Origin: Azolla caroliniana
Lineage: Eukaryota; Plantae; Polypodiophyta
DNA: 64,000 nt
NCBI GenBank assembly: GCA_043228905.1
Contig: JBHGNT010000010.1
Coordinates: forward strand, 15,934,001 to 15,998,000
Direction: 5' to 3'
The notes beneath the pieces were generated by a model, which was not told where the DNA came from, searched no databases, and worked only from the letters and a program-made list of their open reading frames with translations. The translations under genes were made by a program, and so were the position numbers. Below are positions 48,201-60,900 of the stretch, in pieces; the stretch's first letter is position 1; each line of letters opens with the position of its first letter.

Positions 48201-50482
48201 CCGACCGGTTTCTCTTTCCACTCTCACGTGAAGCTCTTTGAAGACGAATAACACATGATCCTCCGTCTTCAACGATGTGGCCCACAGCTTCCAGTTGTGG
48301 TCATCTATGAACGTCATGAAGTAATGCGATCCGGCATGTGACTTCGTGTCCACTTGACATACATCAGTATGCACCAACTCCAGTGGTGCATTACGTCTCA
48401 TCGGTGGCCTCGATCGGAAGGAGGTCCGGTTTTATTTACCGGCCAGACAATCAGTGCACTTCTCCAAGTGCACGTTCTTCACTGGAATGAGGTTGTCTTC
48501 TACAAGCCTCTTCATCCCCTTCTCGCTCATGTGACACAGCCTCTTGTGCCACAGCTCATCGGCAATGTCGGATGCCACGTTCACTTCCTCCGGACATAAC
48601 CGGGTATTCATCAGGTACAACGTGTTTACCTTCCGGGCCTGATCCACAATCAAGCTCCCTTTGCTGAACTTCATAACACCGTTCCGGATGCTACTCATGT
48701 AGCCTTCATCATCTAGCCGATCGACTGATATCAGGTTCAGACAAACCTCCGGAACGTGTCGGACATCCTTCAGCAACAGCTTGCATCCGGTTGGCGTTGT
48801 CAACCACACGTCTCCTATGCCGACAATTCGGCATGTACCTTCATTCCCCATCCGGACACAATCGTGATCACCGGTTGAGTAGGATGAGAAGCATTTCCGG
48901 TCCGGGGTAAGGTGGAACGACGTTCCGGAGTCGACCACCCAGGTCATCTCGTCGCCGGCAAGGTTTAGCTCACTCTCCTCAGTGATGAGCATCAACTCTT
49001 CTTCACTTGCCGCTATTTCCGTCGTTCCCTTCCGGTCCGGCCCCCATCGGTCTTTATTGTTCTGGTTCGATGTCCGCTTCGAATCGGTACCGTCGGTTTC
49101 CTTGTCTTTTCATAAATGCCGATAGCTCTTCTGGAAGTGTCTCGGCTTGCCGCAATAGAAGCAAGTAGGCCTCCCCTTTGACTTTGACCGTGTCCCTGAC
49201 TTCTCCCGGTTCTGGGGACTACGGTTCCTTTGTCTTCTGCATTCCAATTCGGTTAGGAGCGCTTTGGTGTCAGAGCTAGTATCCTTATCTTTTCGACGTG
49301 CCTCCTCATCTAACAAGCTCGACTCCACTCTTGCTAGGGATAACCGTTTCCCTTCCGGCCCGGCGTTGCCCAAAGTGACAACCAACGTCTCCCAGCTATC
49401 CGGGAGGGTACCGAGCAGGAGTAGCGCTAGTACCTCATCGGCGAGAGGTACTTCCAATGATGTTGCCTGGTGTATCAGCCCCTGGAAGGCATTCATGTGC
49501 TCCGCCATGCTGGAGCCATCTTGGTACCGGAGTCTTACTAGCTTCCGGAATACCAAAACCTGGTTAACAGCATTTTTGTTCTGAAACATAATGTCGATCT
49601 TCTCCCAGAGCTCATGAGCCTTGCTCTCTTCATTGAAGTTGTTGTATAGGCTCATGTCGATGAAGCACCGTATGTACGCCGTTGTCTTCATGTGCATCAC
49701 CTCCCATATCGTGGCATCGATTTTGTCCGGTCTCTTGTCCCCGAACTGAACCGGCAACCAAAGATCTTTAACCACAAGCATGTCCCTCATCTTCGACTTC
49801 CACACCGAATAGTTGGAGCCAGTGAGCTTGAACATACCTCCCAACGAATCGTCCATTTTCTGTGTCGTTTCGCTCTGATACCACTTTGACAGGAACTACA
49901 CGCTCTGATGAACAACGCTCGGCCACAACCGAGCTTAGAATCAAACACAGAAAACGGGGAATAAAAGAAACACGACACAATGGAGAGAAGAGTACACAGG
50001 ATGTTTACGTGGAAAACCCAAACATGGGAAAAAAACCACGGCAGTCCACTGACTGCTAACTATCCCTATGTAACAATATACAAAAGATGAACACAGAGGC
50101 AAGGACCTCTTGTTCACTGTCTTCGCCACAGGAGGCGGTTACAACAGAGATACAAACTCTTCGTCTCTTTCTCTCTCTCTCTCTCTCTCTCTGTGTACAC
50201 TGTTGCGCTCTAATCTTGCGCCAACAAGAATGACAACTACAACAACAACAACTTTATCCTCAGTTTGCCCAAAGTCATATTTATACTAAAATGACTTTTC
50301 GGCTATTTACAAATATAGCCCTGATGGACTCTCAGAAACATATTTACGAATATGTCCCTTCATCCAGTGAGCACTCCTCACCGGGCCTGCATCATCCAAC
50401 GTTTCCGGGTACTCCTCATCCGGTTCTCACCGGGTCTTCCGTTGCCGGGTACTCCTCATCCGGAGGGACCTGTTTCCTAACA
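45236..50482 (-). mobile_element. Element K: full-length Ty1/Copia (Tnt1/Tork-like), with stops and frameshifts, inserted in the I 3' LTR
   Basis: LTRs 45236-45824 and 49887-50482; TSD TTTTG/TTCTG; iMet PBS 49872-49883; PPT GAAGGGGGAG; polyprotein 49856-45835. Confidence 0.92.
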
Positions 50483-51133
50483 TTCTGCTCTCTCTCGCTC
50501 TCTCTCTCCCTCTCTTTCTCTATGATTTTTGTGCTTTACCGAACTGTCGTACTTCCAAACCGTGTACTCTCTGTGTCCTTACGCATACACTTCCGCACAC
50601 GTATTCTTTTAAATGCTAGCTCCAAGTCTTCTGGCCTTCTCTCGAGTTCTCGTATCCTTGTTGTCTGAAACTCTTCACGGCTCATCTCGTCCTCCTATGA
50701 CATCAGTACCCATGATGTGATCCGTCTCCTAGATGGGCATCACCGGCTTTTATCCATACATGAGCTTGGCTGGAATGAACCCTATCACCGAATTGTGGTT
50801 GGTTCTACAATGCATAAGCCAATAACCACGTCCAATCTCCGACTCGCCAAAGTTTGAGTGTGCATGTGTCCGTTCTCTATCTTCATGTTGGCCTTAACTA
50901 CGGGCTTGTGCTCGTGCTCTATCTTCCTATTGGCCTTAACTACAGTCTTGTGTCCACACTCTATCTTCCTATTGGCCTCTAGGTTGTAAGAAGTTATGAG
51001 GGAGAGCTTAACTCTAAGTCAGTCAAACATGAGCATTCAACTCTCCCCTCTCTGCCAAGTTATCTTCCCCACACAACTATATCAAAAAATGACGTCCTCG
51101 AGCAAGAACTTACACACCGTCACTGTCGTTTTG

Positions 51134-54100
51134 TGTTGAGAAATCGTTGCGGAATAGATCACATTAAACGAACTACGCGCTGAAATACGAATCACAGAAA
51201 TGCCAAAAAAACAAGACACATAACAGTGCACAAAGATTTACATGGAAACCCTAAAACGGGGAAAACCACGGGTGAACAGATTTCTTCACTATACAAAGTG
51301 GATATACAACACCGAGAGGAATACAACACTCTATCGAGTGTATCAGCCGCACAGGGCTCTTCGCGTCTGTTGTTACACACACAGCTATGGCTTGGCCCAC
51401 ACACTCTCTCTCTCTCTCTTGCACTCCTGCACACTACAACTTTTGTTTCTACTCTGTTCGTCACATACTAAAATTTTGCCCTAGTTGCATATACACTTAT
51501 GCAACTTTCTGGTTATTTACATACGTAGCCCTCATGGGGCGCACACTTAGACTATTTACAATTATAGTCTCCCGAGTTGGCTATATACACGTTTCAGGTT
51601 TCTCATCAACTTGGCTCCTCTCTCTTTCCCATCTGGAGGTACTTGTTTCCACACATCATCATTATTATTATTACTATAATAATAATAGTCGAATCTTCAA
51701 ACAATCAACTCACTGTCTTCGACTCTTTGACTGTCGGCTTTCCAAACGGTCAGATCTTCCTTGTAATCGATTGTCGGCTTTCCGATCAGTCGGTTCTTCC
51801 TCCCACTGGAGGGACATATTCCCAACAAACTCCCCCTTCACTCCTGTGGGAGGAAATCTGTCAGTCTTGTATTTTGTCGGCAGACTCTAAGTCTGTCCAT
51901 AGGTAGGTTCTTCGTCAGCATGTCGGATCCGTTGTCGTCAGTATGGATCTTTTCGAGAGAAAACTCTCCTTCTTCGACTCTCTCTCTCTCAGCCAATGAT
52001 ACCTTCTCTATATGTGCTTGGTCCGAGAGTGGTATGCCATGTTCTTGGCTAGATGTATGGCACTTTGGCTATCACAATGAAGCAAGAACTCCTTTTGCTT
52101 CATGCCTAGTTTGGTGAGAAAATTTCTCATCCAGATAAGCTCTTTTCCGGCTTCTACCGCTGCCATATACTCTGCCTTTGTAGTCGACAAGGCTACAGAC
52201 TTCTGCAGTCGTGACTACCATGACACTGCTCCCCCTGCATAGGTCATCACGTACCCTGATGTGGATCGGCTTGAGTCGACATCTCCTGACATGTCTGAAT
52301 CGGTAAAACCTTCCAGCATAGGTTTTCCGACACCATACCTTAGGCACACCCCCGAGGTGCCCTTTAAGTACCTGAGTATCCATTTCACCACTGCCCAATG
52401 TTCTCTCCCTGGATTACTCATATATCGTCTTACTGCTCCCACAGCAAATGCTATGTTCGGTCTCGTATAGACCATAGCATACATTAGACTACCGACGGCC
52501 GATGCATATGGTACCTTCTTCATCTCAACCTTTTCCTTCTGTCCCTTCGGACACTACTACACATTTAATCTACAATTTGTCGGCAACACTGAGCCGACCG
52601 GCTTTGCATCTGACATGTTGAATCTCTCTAGGATCTTCGTCACATACTTCTGTTGTGACAACCATAGCACCTTCCGAGCTATGTCTCAGGTTATGTGCAT
52701 TCCTAGGATTTGCTTTTCTGGTCCAAGGTCTTTCATGTCAAATGATTTGCCGAGAGCTTTCTTCAAGCTTCCAATCTTCCTTGTGTCTTGACCGACAATC
52801 AACATATCATCAACATATAGCAAGAGAATCAAGAAATCTCCTTCTTCGTACCTTTTGACGAACACACAGTGATCGGCCTGTGTTTTCTGGAACCGATGTT
52901 CCATCATGAAGGACTCGAATTTCTTGTACCATTGGTGTGGAGGTTGTTTTAATCCATACAAGCTTTTCCTCAATCGACACACCAGATTCTCTTTCCCTTT
53001 CTCCTCAAAGCCTTCGGGTTGATGCATGTAGATCTCTTCATCTAGCTCCCCATGCAGAAATGCGGTTTTGACATCCAACTGTTCGATCTCCAGATCCATG
53101 TTGGCCGCTATGCTCAGAACAATTCGTATGGATGTCATCTTCACGACTGGTGCGAATATTTTGTCAAAGTCGACGCCCTTCTTCTGTTGGAAACCCTTCA
53201 CCACTATACGGGCTTTATACCTGGGGCCGTTGTCCACTTCTCTAGTCTTCACCTTATAGACCCACTTATTCCTGAGTGCTCTCTTACCTTTCGGCAGCTC
53301 TACTAGGTCGTAGGTGTAATTCGCGTGCAAGGATTCCATCTCCTCTTGCATCGCGTTCAGCCATTTTCCTCTGCTCTTGTCGGCAATGGCTTCTTCATAG
53401 CACTCCGGTTCATCATCATCAGTCAAGAGGATGTATTTATTGGCGTATGTAATCGGTGTCTTCCTTTCTCTGAGTGGGTACCTTCGTCCACTCGTTGTTG
53501 GCTGTTTTTCGGATGTCTCTGCCAACTCTTCTCTTTGCTCAGGATTCTGCTCATCAATCGGCATCTCTAGGTTGGATAACTCCAACTCATATTCTTCAAT
53601 TGACTTCAGCAGCACTGCCGACTCTGACTCACAGTCTGTCGGTCTTTCCGAGTCAACTAACTCGGATTCGGCTCTATCGGCCAGTTGTCTCCTTACAGCT
53701 GTCGATGACGACTCATTTGGCCTTAAGTCGATGGTAGTCGAGGTTGACTGGGGAATCAGTTCCGACTTTTGTTGCTTCCAGTCTTCAATTGTCTTATCTT
53801 CAAGAAAGATCACATCTCAACTTCTCACTACCTTCTTGTCGACTAAGTCCCACAACCTATAGCCGAACTCATCTTCCGAGTATCCCATGAATATGCATGC
53901 TTTCGACTTGCTGTCAAGCTTTGACCTTTGATCCTTTGGTACATGCATATACGTTAAACATCCAAACACCCTCAGGTGTTGGTAGGAGACATCCTTCCCT
54001 GTCCACACCCTCTATGGGACATCACCCTTTAATGGCACTGAGGGAGACCTGTTGATCAGATAAACAGTTGTGTACATCGCCTCAACCCAATAGGATTTCG

Positions 54101-56645
54101 GCAGTTTCGCATGAGAGAGCATGCTCCTTACTCTCTCCATGATTGTTCGATTCATCCTCTCTACAAGCCCGTTTAATTCTGGGGTCTTTGGCACTGTGTA
54201 TTCGATTCGAATACCTTGGCACTTGCAGTATTCCTCGAACTGCCCTTTGTACTCACCACCGTTGTCGGTTCAGAAACCTTCAGTTTCCGACCCGAATCTC
54301 TCTCGGTTCTTGCCTGGAACTCCTTGAAAACCGACAGTACTTGATCCTTCGACTTCAGTACGAAGGACCATGTCTCGCGACTATAGTCATCAATGAATGT
54401 CACAAAGTATTGTCCACCTCGATGCGATGGAGCACCAACATAGCACACATCCGTGTGCACTAGTTCTAGTGCAACATCTCTTCTCCTCGGTGGTCTTGTG
54501 TGGAATGCCGCCCTGTTTTGCTTTCCGGCTAAGCAGTCGACACACTTCTCCAAGTGCACTCCCTTGACTTCTGGTAGAAGTTTCTGGTCTGCTAACAGGT
54601 GCATTCCCTTTTCACTCATGTGGCCTAGCCTCTTAAGCCATATCTCCCTTGCCGAGTTGGCTGCCACGTTTACTTCCAATTTGCACAGTCGGGCATGCAT
54701 CATGTACAATGTGCCTTCTTTCTGTGCTTGGGCCACTATAAGGTTTCCTCGGCAGAACTTCCACTTGCCATTTCGGAAGCTACCACTGTAGCCTTCGTCA
54801 TCAAGCCTTCTAGTTTATATCAAATTCAATCTGATATCGGGGACGTGTCGAACATCCTTCAACATAGGCGACACCCTGTCGACGTCGTTAAGCAAAAACT
54901 TCCGACTCCGGTTATCTTGCATTCTCCACTATCGCCCATCTTTACATAGCCATGATCCCCGACTATGTAAGTCGAGAAATACTCTCTCGACGGAGTAATA
55001 TGGAACGATGCACCAGAATCAATCACCCAAGTGCACTCTTTGCTTGCAAGGTTTGCACTTGTCTGTTCACCGATGAACAGGAGTTCCTCATTGCTCATAA
55101 CAATGGCCGAAGTGTTCTTTTCATCCGGAATCTTCCGGGTTCGACATTATTTCCGACACTCTTGTCTTTCTTCATGTGTTGGCAGTCCTTCTAGAAGTGT
55201 CCAGGTTTTCCGCAATAGAAGCACACAAGCTTACCTCTAGACTTTGATCTAGCGTGGGATTTGTCCATTCACTACGGACTTCTTCTTCGCCGGTCTCTTC
55301 CTCTGTCCATGTGTTGAGTCAGATTCGACTCCGTTTGTGACAGGACTCCTTTGTCTTTCCTCCTTGCCTCCTCGTTTAGGATGCTTGTCTTCACCGTCTG
55401 TAAAGACAAGTTCTCTTCTTGACAGGAGTTGTTGAGAGTAACCACCAGGTTCTCCCAACTTTCCGGCAGCATGCACATCAGGAGGATGGCCTGCATTGCA
55501 TCATCCAGGGGGAACTTGGTCGCCGCAAGTTGATTTACGTACCTCATAAATGTACTGATGTGTTTGACGATGCTCTCACCATCTCTGTATTTCAGCCGTA
55601 CGATCTTTCTCATCAGCGAGGTTCTGTTTAGCGCGTTCTTCCTCTCGTACAGACTTGACAGCTACTGCCACATCTCGTGGGCATTCGTGTCGTTCGCCAC
55701 ATGTTGAAGGACACTTACATTGACACATTGTCGGATTGTGGCCACCACCTTCCTATTCAAAAGCTTCCAATCTTACTCCGATACCCCCCTGGGTATTTCT
55801 ACTCTGTCGACTGGCTCGTACAGGTCTTTTACTACGAGAAGATCTTCCATCTTTATCTTCCAGTCTGCATAGTTCTGAGAGTTTAGAACTATCATACCTG
55901 GGAATCCGCTCACACCTCCTTCCATGCTTGCACCTCAAGCTTTGATACCAGTTTGTTGAGAAATCATTGCGGAACAGATCACAATAAACGAACTATGTGT
56001 TGAAATACGAATCACAGAAATGCCAAAAAAACAAGACACACAACAGTGCACAAAGATTTATGTGGAAACCCTAAAACGGGGAAAACCACGGGTGAACAGA
56101 TTTCTTCACTATACAAAGTGGATATACAACACCGAGAGGAATACAACACTTTGTCGAGTGTATCAACCGCACAGGGCTCTTCGTGTCTACTGTTGCACAC
56201 ACAACTATGGCGCGGCTCACACACACTCTCTCTCTCTCGCACTCCTGCACACTACAACTTCTGTTTCTACTCTATTCATCACATACTAAAAGTTTGCCCT
56301 AGTTGCATATATACTTACGCAACTTTCCGGTTATTTACATACATAGCCCTCATGGGGCGCACACTTAGACTATTTACAAGTATAGTCTCCCGAGTTGGCT
56401 ATATACATGTTTCTGGTTTCTCATCAACTCGGCTCCTCTCTCTTTCCCATCTGGAGGTACTTGTTTCCACACATCATCATTATTATTATTACTATAATAA
56501 TAATAGTCGAATCTTCAAACAATCGACTCACTGTCTTCGACTCTTTGACCGTCGGCTTTCCAAACAGTCAGATCTTCCCTGTCATCGATTGTCGGCTTTC
56601 CGATCAGTCGGTTCTTCCTCCCACTGGAGGGACATATTCCCAACA
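51134..56645 (-). mobile_element. Element M: full-length Ty1/Copia related to K, decayed, inserted in L integrase
   Basis: LTRs 51134-51827 and 55954-56645; perfect TSD TTTTG; iMet PBS 55939-55950; PPT; WVIDSGASFH, QLDVKTAFL, YVDD, FTDSD. Confidence 0.92.
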
Positions 56646-57857
56646 TTTTGTTCCTCAAGGATCTTCCTTCTACTTGGTTTGTGTGGTCTTCTCTTGCTAG
56701 CACCAAGTACTTCTAGAGGTACCCTCCTTATAGGAAGTACTTGTATGCTTTCTTTCAGATTCATTGTGCTTCCTCCATCGTCTACGAAGCATTTGTCATC
56801 ATTGAACATGTGGAACCTGCCTATGTGTAGCCACTCTCCTTCATACTCACTTTTAAAGGCGTTCAACACTTGCACACCTCTCTCTTTTGTAGGTGCTTGG
56901 GTAGTTTTAAAGAATTAGAGAGGGTGACATCTTCGTCTTCTAATCATGTCGTTTTCATCTTCATACCTTGCCCTCGATAACATGTCTACCATGGCTTTGT
57001 TCTTTCCCGATATGTGGCGAACTTCCGGGTTCATCGATTTGATGTATGAAATCCACCTTAGCAAGGCTATATTCAGTGTTGCACACCCTAATATCATCCC
57101 GAGGATTGGAAGGCAATTTGTCTCTATTATGACCTCCATCTCCATTAGGTAGTCTTTGTTTGTCATTACTACAGAAACTATGCCCAAGAGTTCCCTCTTC
57201 ACTTGGACATACCCTTGTTGTTACCCACTAAACACATTTCCTTTGAATCTGATGGCATGACGGCCGCAATCTTCTCCTTCTTCGTGAATGACCCATCTGA
57301 TCCCAGTTGGACTCATATCTACAATCATGTAGATGGGAATGCATTCATTGTATACGTTTTTTCTTAAGGTTGGTGCTACCACCAAGATTCCTTTCAACTT
57401 TTTCACCACCTATGTGTGCTCGTCTCCCCATTTGAATTTCTACCCTTTCTTTAGTAACCCATACAAGGGTTGACTATGTGATCGCCATGGGGAATCCAAA
57501 TATAGTAGAAGGCACAAGCACCAAGAAATTGCCTCTTTTCCGTTTGCGATTTACACTTTTCTTTCATTTCCTTGATGGTGTTGTTACCCGTACGAGAGGT
57601 ACGGGGATGGATAAGGGTGAAACTCTATAGTTGTGTTGTTGTGTATGTGCAAATGTGCATGAGAGTGAATGTGACTGTGAGTATACGTGTATTTGTATGA
57701 ACACATGCACATGTGTGTGCATGTGGATAGATATGAAAGGGTGTATCGTGTGAGTGAATGGTATACACCCTTATGTATCATGTTGATATGTAACATTCAT
57801 TATACTATTTAACCCCACATGGAGCATCTATGAATAACAATAATAAGTCTTCCTCTC

Positions 57858-57860
<3 letters not shown>

Positions 57861-57937
<77 letters not shown>
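57861..57937. repeat. (TC)38 microsatellite
   Basis: Perfect 77-nt run. Confidence 0.95.
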
Positions 57938-57939
<2 letters not shown>

Positions 57940-60900
57940 AACAGCTCTTTCTACCATTGTCGTCGCCGTCTACTATTGTCATCGTTTGCACCTGTTGTTT
58001 GCTGCCGTGGTCGCCTGTTGTCATCGTGGTCGTCGTCGCCGTTGTTGTTTGTCATCTACCGTCATCGTCGTTGCCATCGTCGTTGTCGTGTGTAGTTGTT
58101 GCCGCTGTCGTCATTGTCGGCCGTCATTATCACCTACGCTTTTGACGACATCATCGGCTAAGTAAACGAGAGAGCATACATGTGCGTCTACACTCGAACC
58201 TAGCGCGCAAGGCATCGATGCTCGACTAAGTTTTTCTTTCCTCTTTGTCTTTTCTTTCTTTTATCTTTTGATTTACAACGTGACTTCTAGACGAAACCAT
58301 AAGGAAACACACGAAGAAATTATAAGGAAGAATTTTTAGATGTCCGTAACCGTTTAGTTAAAATAGAAAAATGGGCGAAAGAGATTGAAGTTGAAAAACA
58401 AAAAGATAAGGAAGAAAAAGAAGTGCTTATTGCGGAAATAACGAAACTTAAAGTAGACAACACAAACCTTCAGAAACAAGTTAAAGGACCTTGAGACATC
58501 TAGGGAAGATGGTGAAATATCTTCCCTAGAGGATATTAAGGACGACATAAAAAAGATTAAGGAAGAGGTTTAAAGTGATATGGAATTAGCAAAAACTGGG
58601 TGGGTTGATGTAGTAAAACATAATATTAAAAAGGAACTAAAGGATGAAAATAGTGTAAACGCTACCCTTGAGGAGGAAAAAATGTGTCAAGCTCGACGCC
58701 TAAATGTACGAGTTACTGGGCTCAAGGAAGGGGCATCTCCTGATGAAGATGCACAAACATTTGGGAAAATGTTAGGGTACGAAGCCCTACCAATCACTAA
58801 AACTTGGAGGGTAGGATGTGATACCACTAGGAAAAGAGCTTTTGTCCTTCTGTTTAAGGACTTAGAATCTAGATTTGCATTTTTTTAAAAGAGACCAATT
58901 CTTCGAGGATTGGGCGGGAACCCTATCTACCTCGATGAAGACCTGACCAAGATGCAAATTGAGCATCGTAAAACTTGTATGCCGCAACTCATACAAGCTC
59001 GTAAAGAGGGGCATCGTGCTTTTTACCGAGACAAACGTGTGATAATAAATGATCGCGCCGCCAATTGGCGACGTGTGGCCCATGTGATAAACAATAAACT
59101 TAGGATGACTTTATGGAACTGTACGGTGCACTTTGGACACACCCTGTCCGTCTAGAGGAGATTTTGAAGGTATATGACATACTTTTGTTAGTAGAAACAC
59201 ATCAGAGCCCAAATCGAGGACTGCCACGAGTTGATGGTTTTCGTTGGGAATCTGTCTTTAGACAAACCTCACGTCGACATACTAGTAAAGGGTCTAAAGG
59301 GGTTGCGATACTATTTCGGAGAGAGATACATAATAGGATAGAAATACTAAAGAAAGAAAACCCGTTTTATTTGGGTGAAATTCCTCACTAGCAAGGACCA
59401 TGCGATATTTATCGCCGTGTGTTACTTCCCCCCTGAAAGGATTCCGGTATAATATGGCTGGAGAGGCAAGTATAGTTGATGAAGGAACACCGCATGGGCC
59501 TTCTCCATACAAACTTTTATCGGATGACATAATCTAATATTCTTCTCAAGGGGAAGTCTTCCTTGTAGGAGATTTCAATGCAAGAACCCAATCCCGACAA
59601 TGCACAATATTTCAGATGGATAGAAATCTAGAAATGGTGAATGTCGACCCTTTAGACTTAGACATAACGTGTACATCAAAGGATCAAGGTGCGGACGCCA
59701 CAAGCTTTGGCCATCATTTGATTGAACTTGGAAGCTGACACCAGATGATCATATATAATGGCTTATCCAAGTGGCTAGCCTGGGAAGCGCTCACATGTTT
59801 CCCACATGGAGGAGGGGAAAGCATAGTTGATCACCTAATAGGACGCCTTGAAGCTACCCACATGGTTAACTCCTTCCAGGTGGCCCCATGCCCCATTGGT
59901 GCAAACCATAGCTTCCTATACTTTAAGCTAAAATGCGACATCTCCCACGCCACCAACTCTAGTCAACCAAACCATCACACCATAATACATTTCACGCATG
60001 AGCTCGCTGACATCTACTCCTGACATGTTTAAGCCCATCTCTCCTCTTTTGATTCTTCCTTGCCTTTAGAGAACCTCACTACAGAACTCACACACATCCT
60101 TCACTCAACAGCAATTAGTAGCTTCCCATACACGAAACACTCCAATCATAGTAGAATAGGGTTTATGCCACAGAACAAGTGGTATGACGAGGATTGTAGA
60201 GAGTTGTATAAACAACTTAAAGTGTCGCGACTTAATGGTACTATTTCCTCAATATAGGCTTGAAAAGAGATGCGCAAGATGACACGGCGTAAAAGAAGAG
60301 CTTGGCAAGCATCTCAATATTGGGAACTCTACCATATGCTCATGAGTAGGCATTGCGCCCTTGCATGGAAGAGACTACAGTATATGGTATGGAATGATTG
60401 GCAGAAAACTCTTTGAAACATAGAAATTCACCTTCCATTTGTTTTTAACCGCGACCACAAACACCCATCGAGGATTCCAATATTTGGCACACATATATCG
60501 AGAGACTCTACCATGTCCCGAACCAACCACGCATTCCATGGACCACATAGGATTGCGAGCCGAGCACATCATATATGCTCGAGAGTGCCTAGCCCCCTCT
60601 CTCACTCTAATCTTCAACCGCGCCCTCGCCGAGGGTTTTCCACCACAATGGACCATGAACACAGTGGCCCCTATACAAAAAGGAGGGGACCCAATGGACC
60701 CAAATACATATAGGACCATTATGATAAGTCATATGCTCGCTAAACTATATGGTGCGGTAATGGAAGCGGAGCTCAACGATTATATGGAAACATTAAGTCT
60801 TCGAGCACTTGAGCAGGCTGGCTTTAGACGAGCCTTCTCCACTATTGACCATATCTTCACACTTAGGTACTTAATTTACCAGACGAAGGCTCTTAAGATG

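Larger units (their letters stand above)
27181..50613 (+). mobile_element. Element I: Ty1/Copia, decayed; hosts O, E, J and K
   Basis: 5' LTR 27181-27612; PBS TGGTATCAGGGC at 27613-27624; gag from 27714; IN/RT 28650-28977 and 37560-39425 (RT end and RH deleted); PPT ~39681-39689; 3' LTR in pieces 39690-39912, 45148-45235 and 50483-50613. The right junction is damaged, so no clean TSD. Confidence 0.88.

Noticed and set aside
49898-49912. Second PBS-like CGCTCTGAT in K U5
   Set aside because: Only 9 nt, lacks the CCA complement, and is altered in the other LTR.
56046-56918. 290-aa antisense ORF through the M 5' LTR
   Set aside because: It is broken in the sister LTR by microsatellite length, contains microsatellite-derived HHHYYYYYNNN, and runs out into unrelated flanking DNA.
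57830-58165. Cys/Ser-rich small ORFs
   Set aside because: Translations of (TC)n and (GTC)n repeats in the LINE 5' region.
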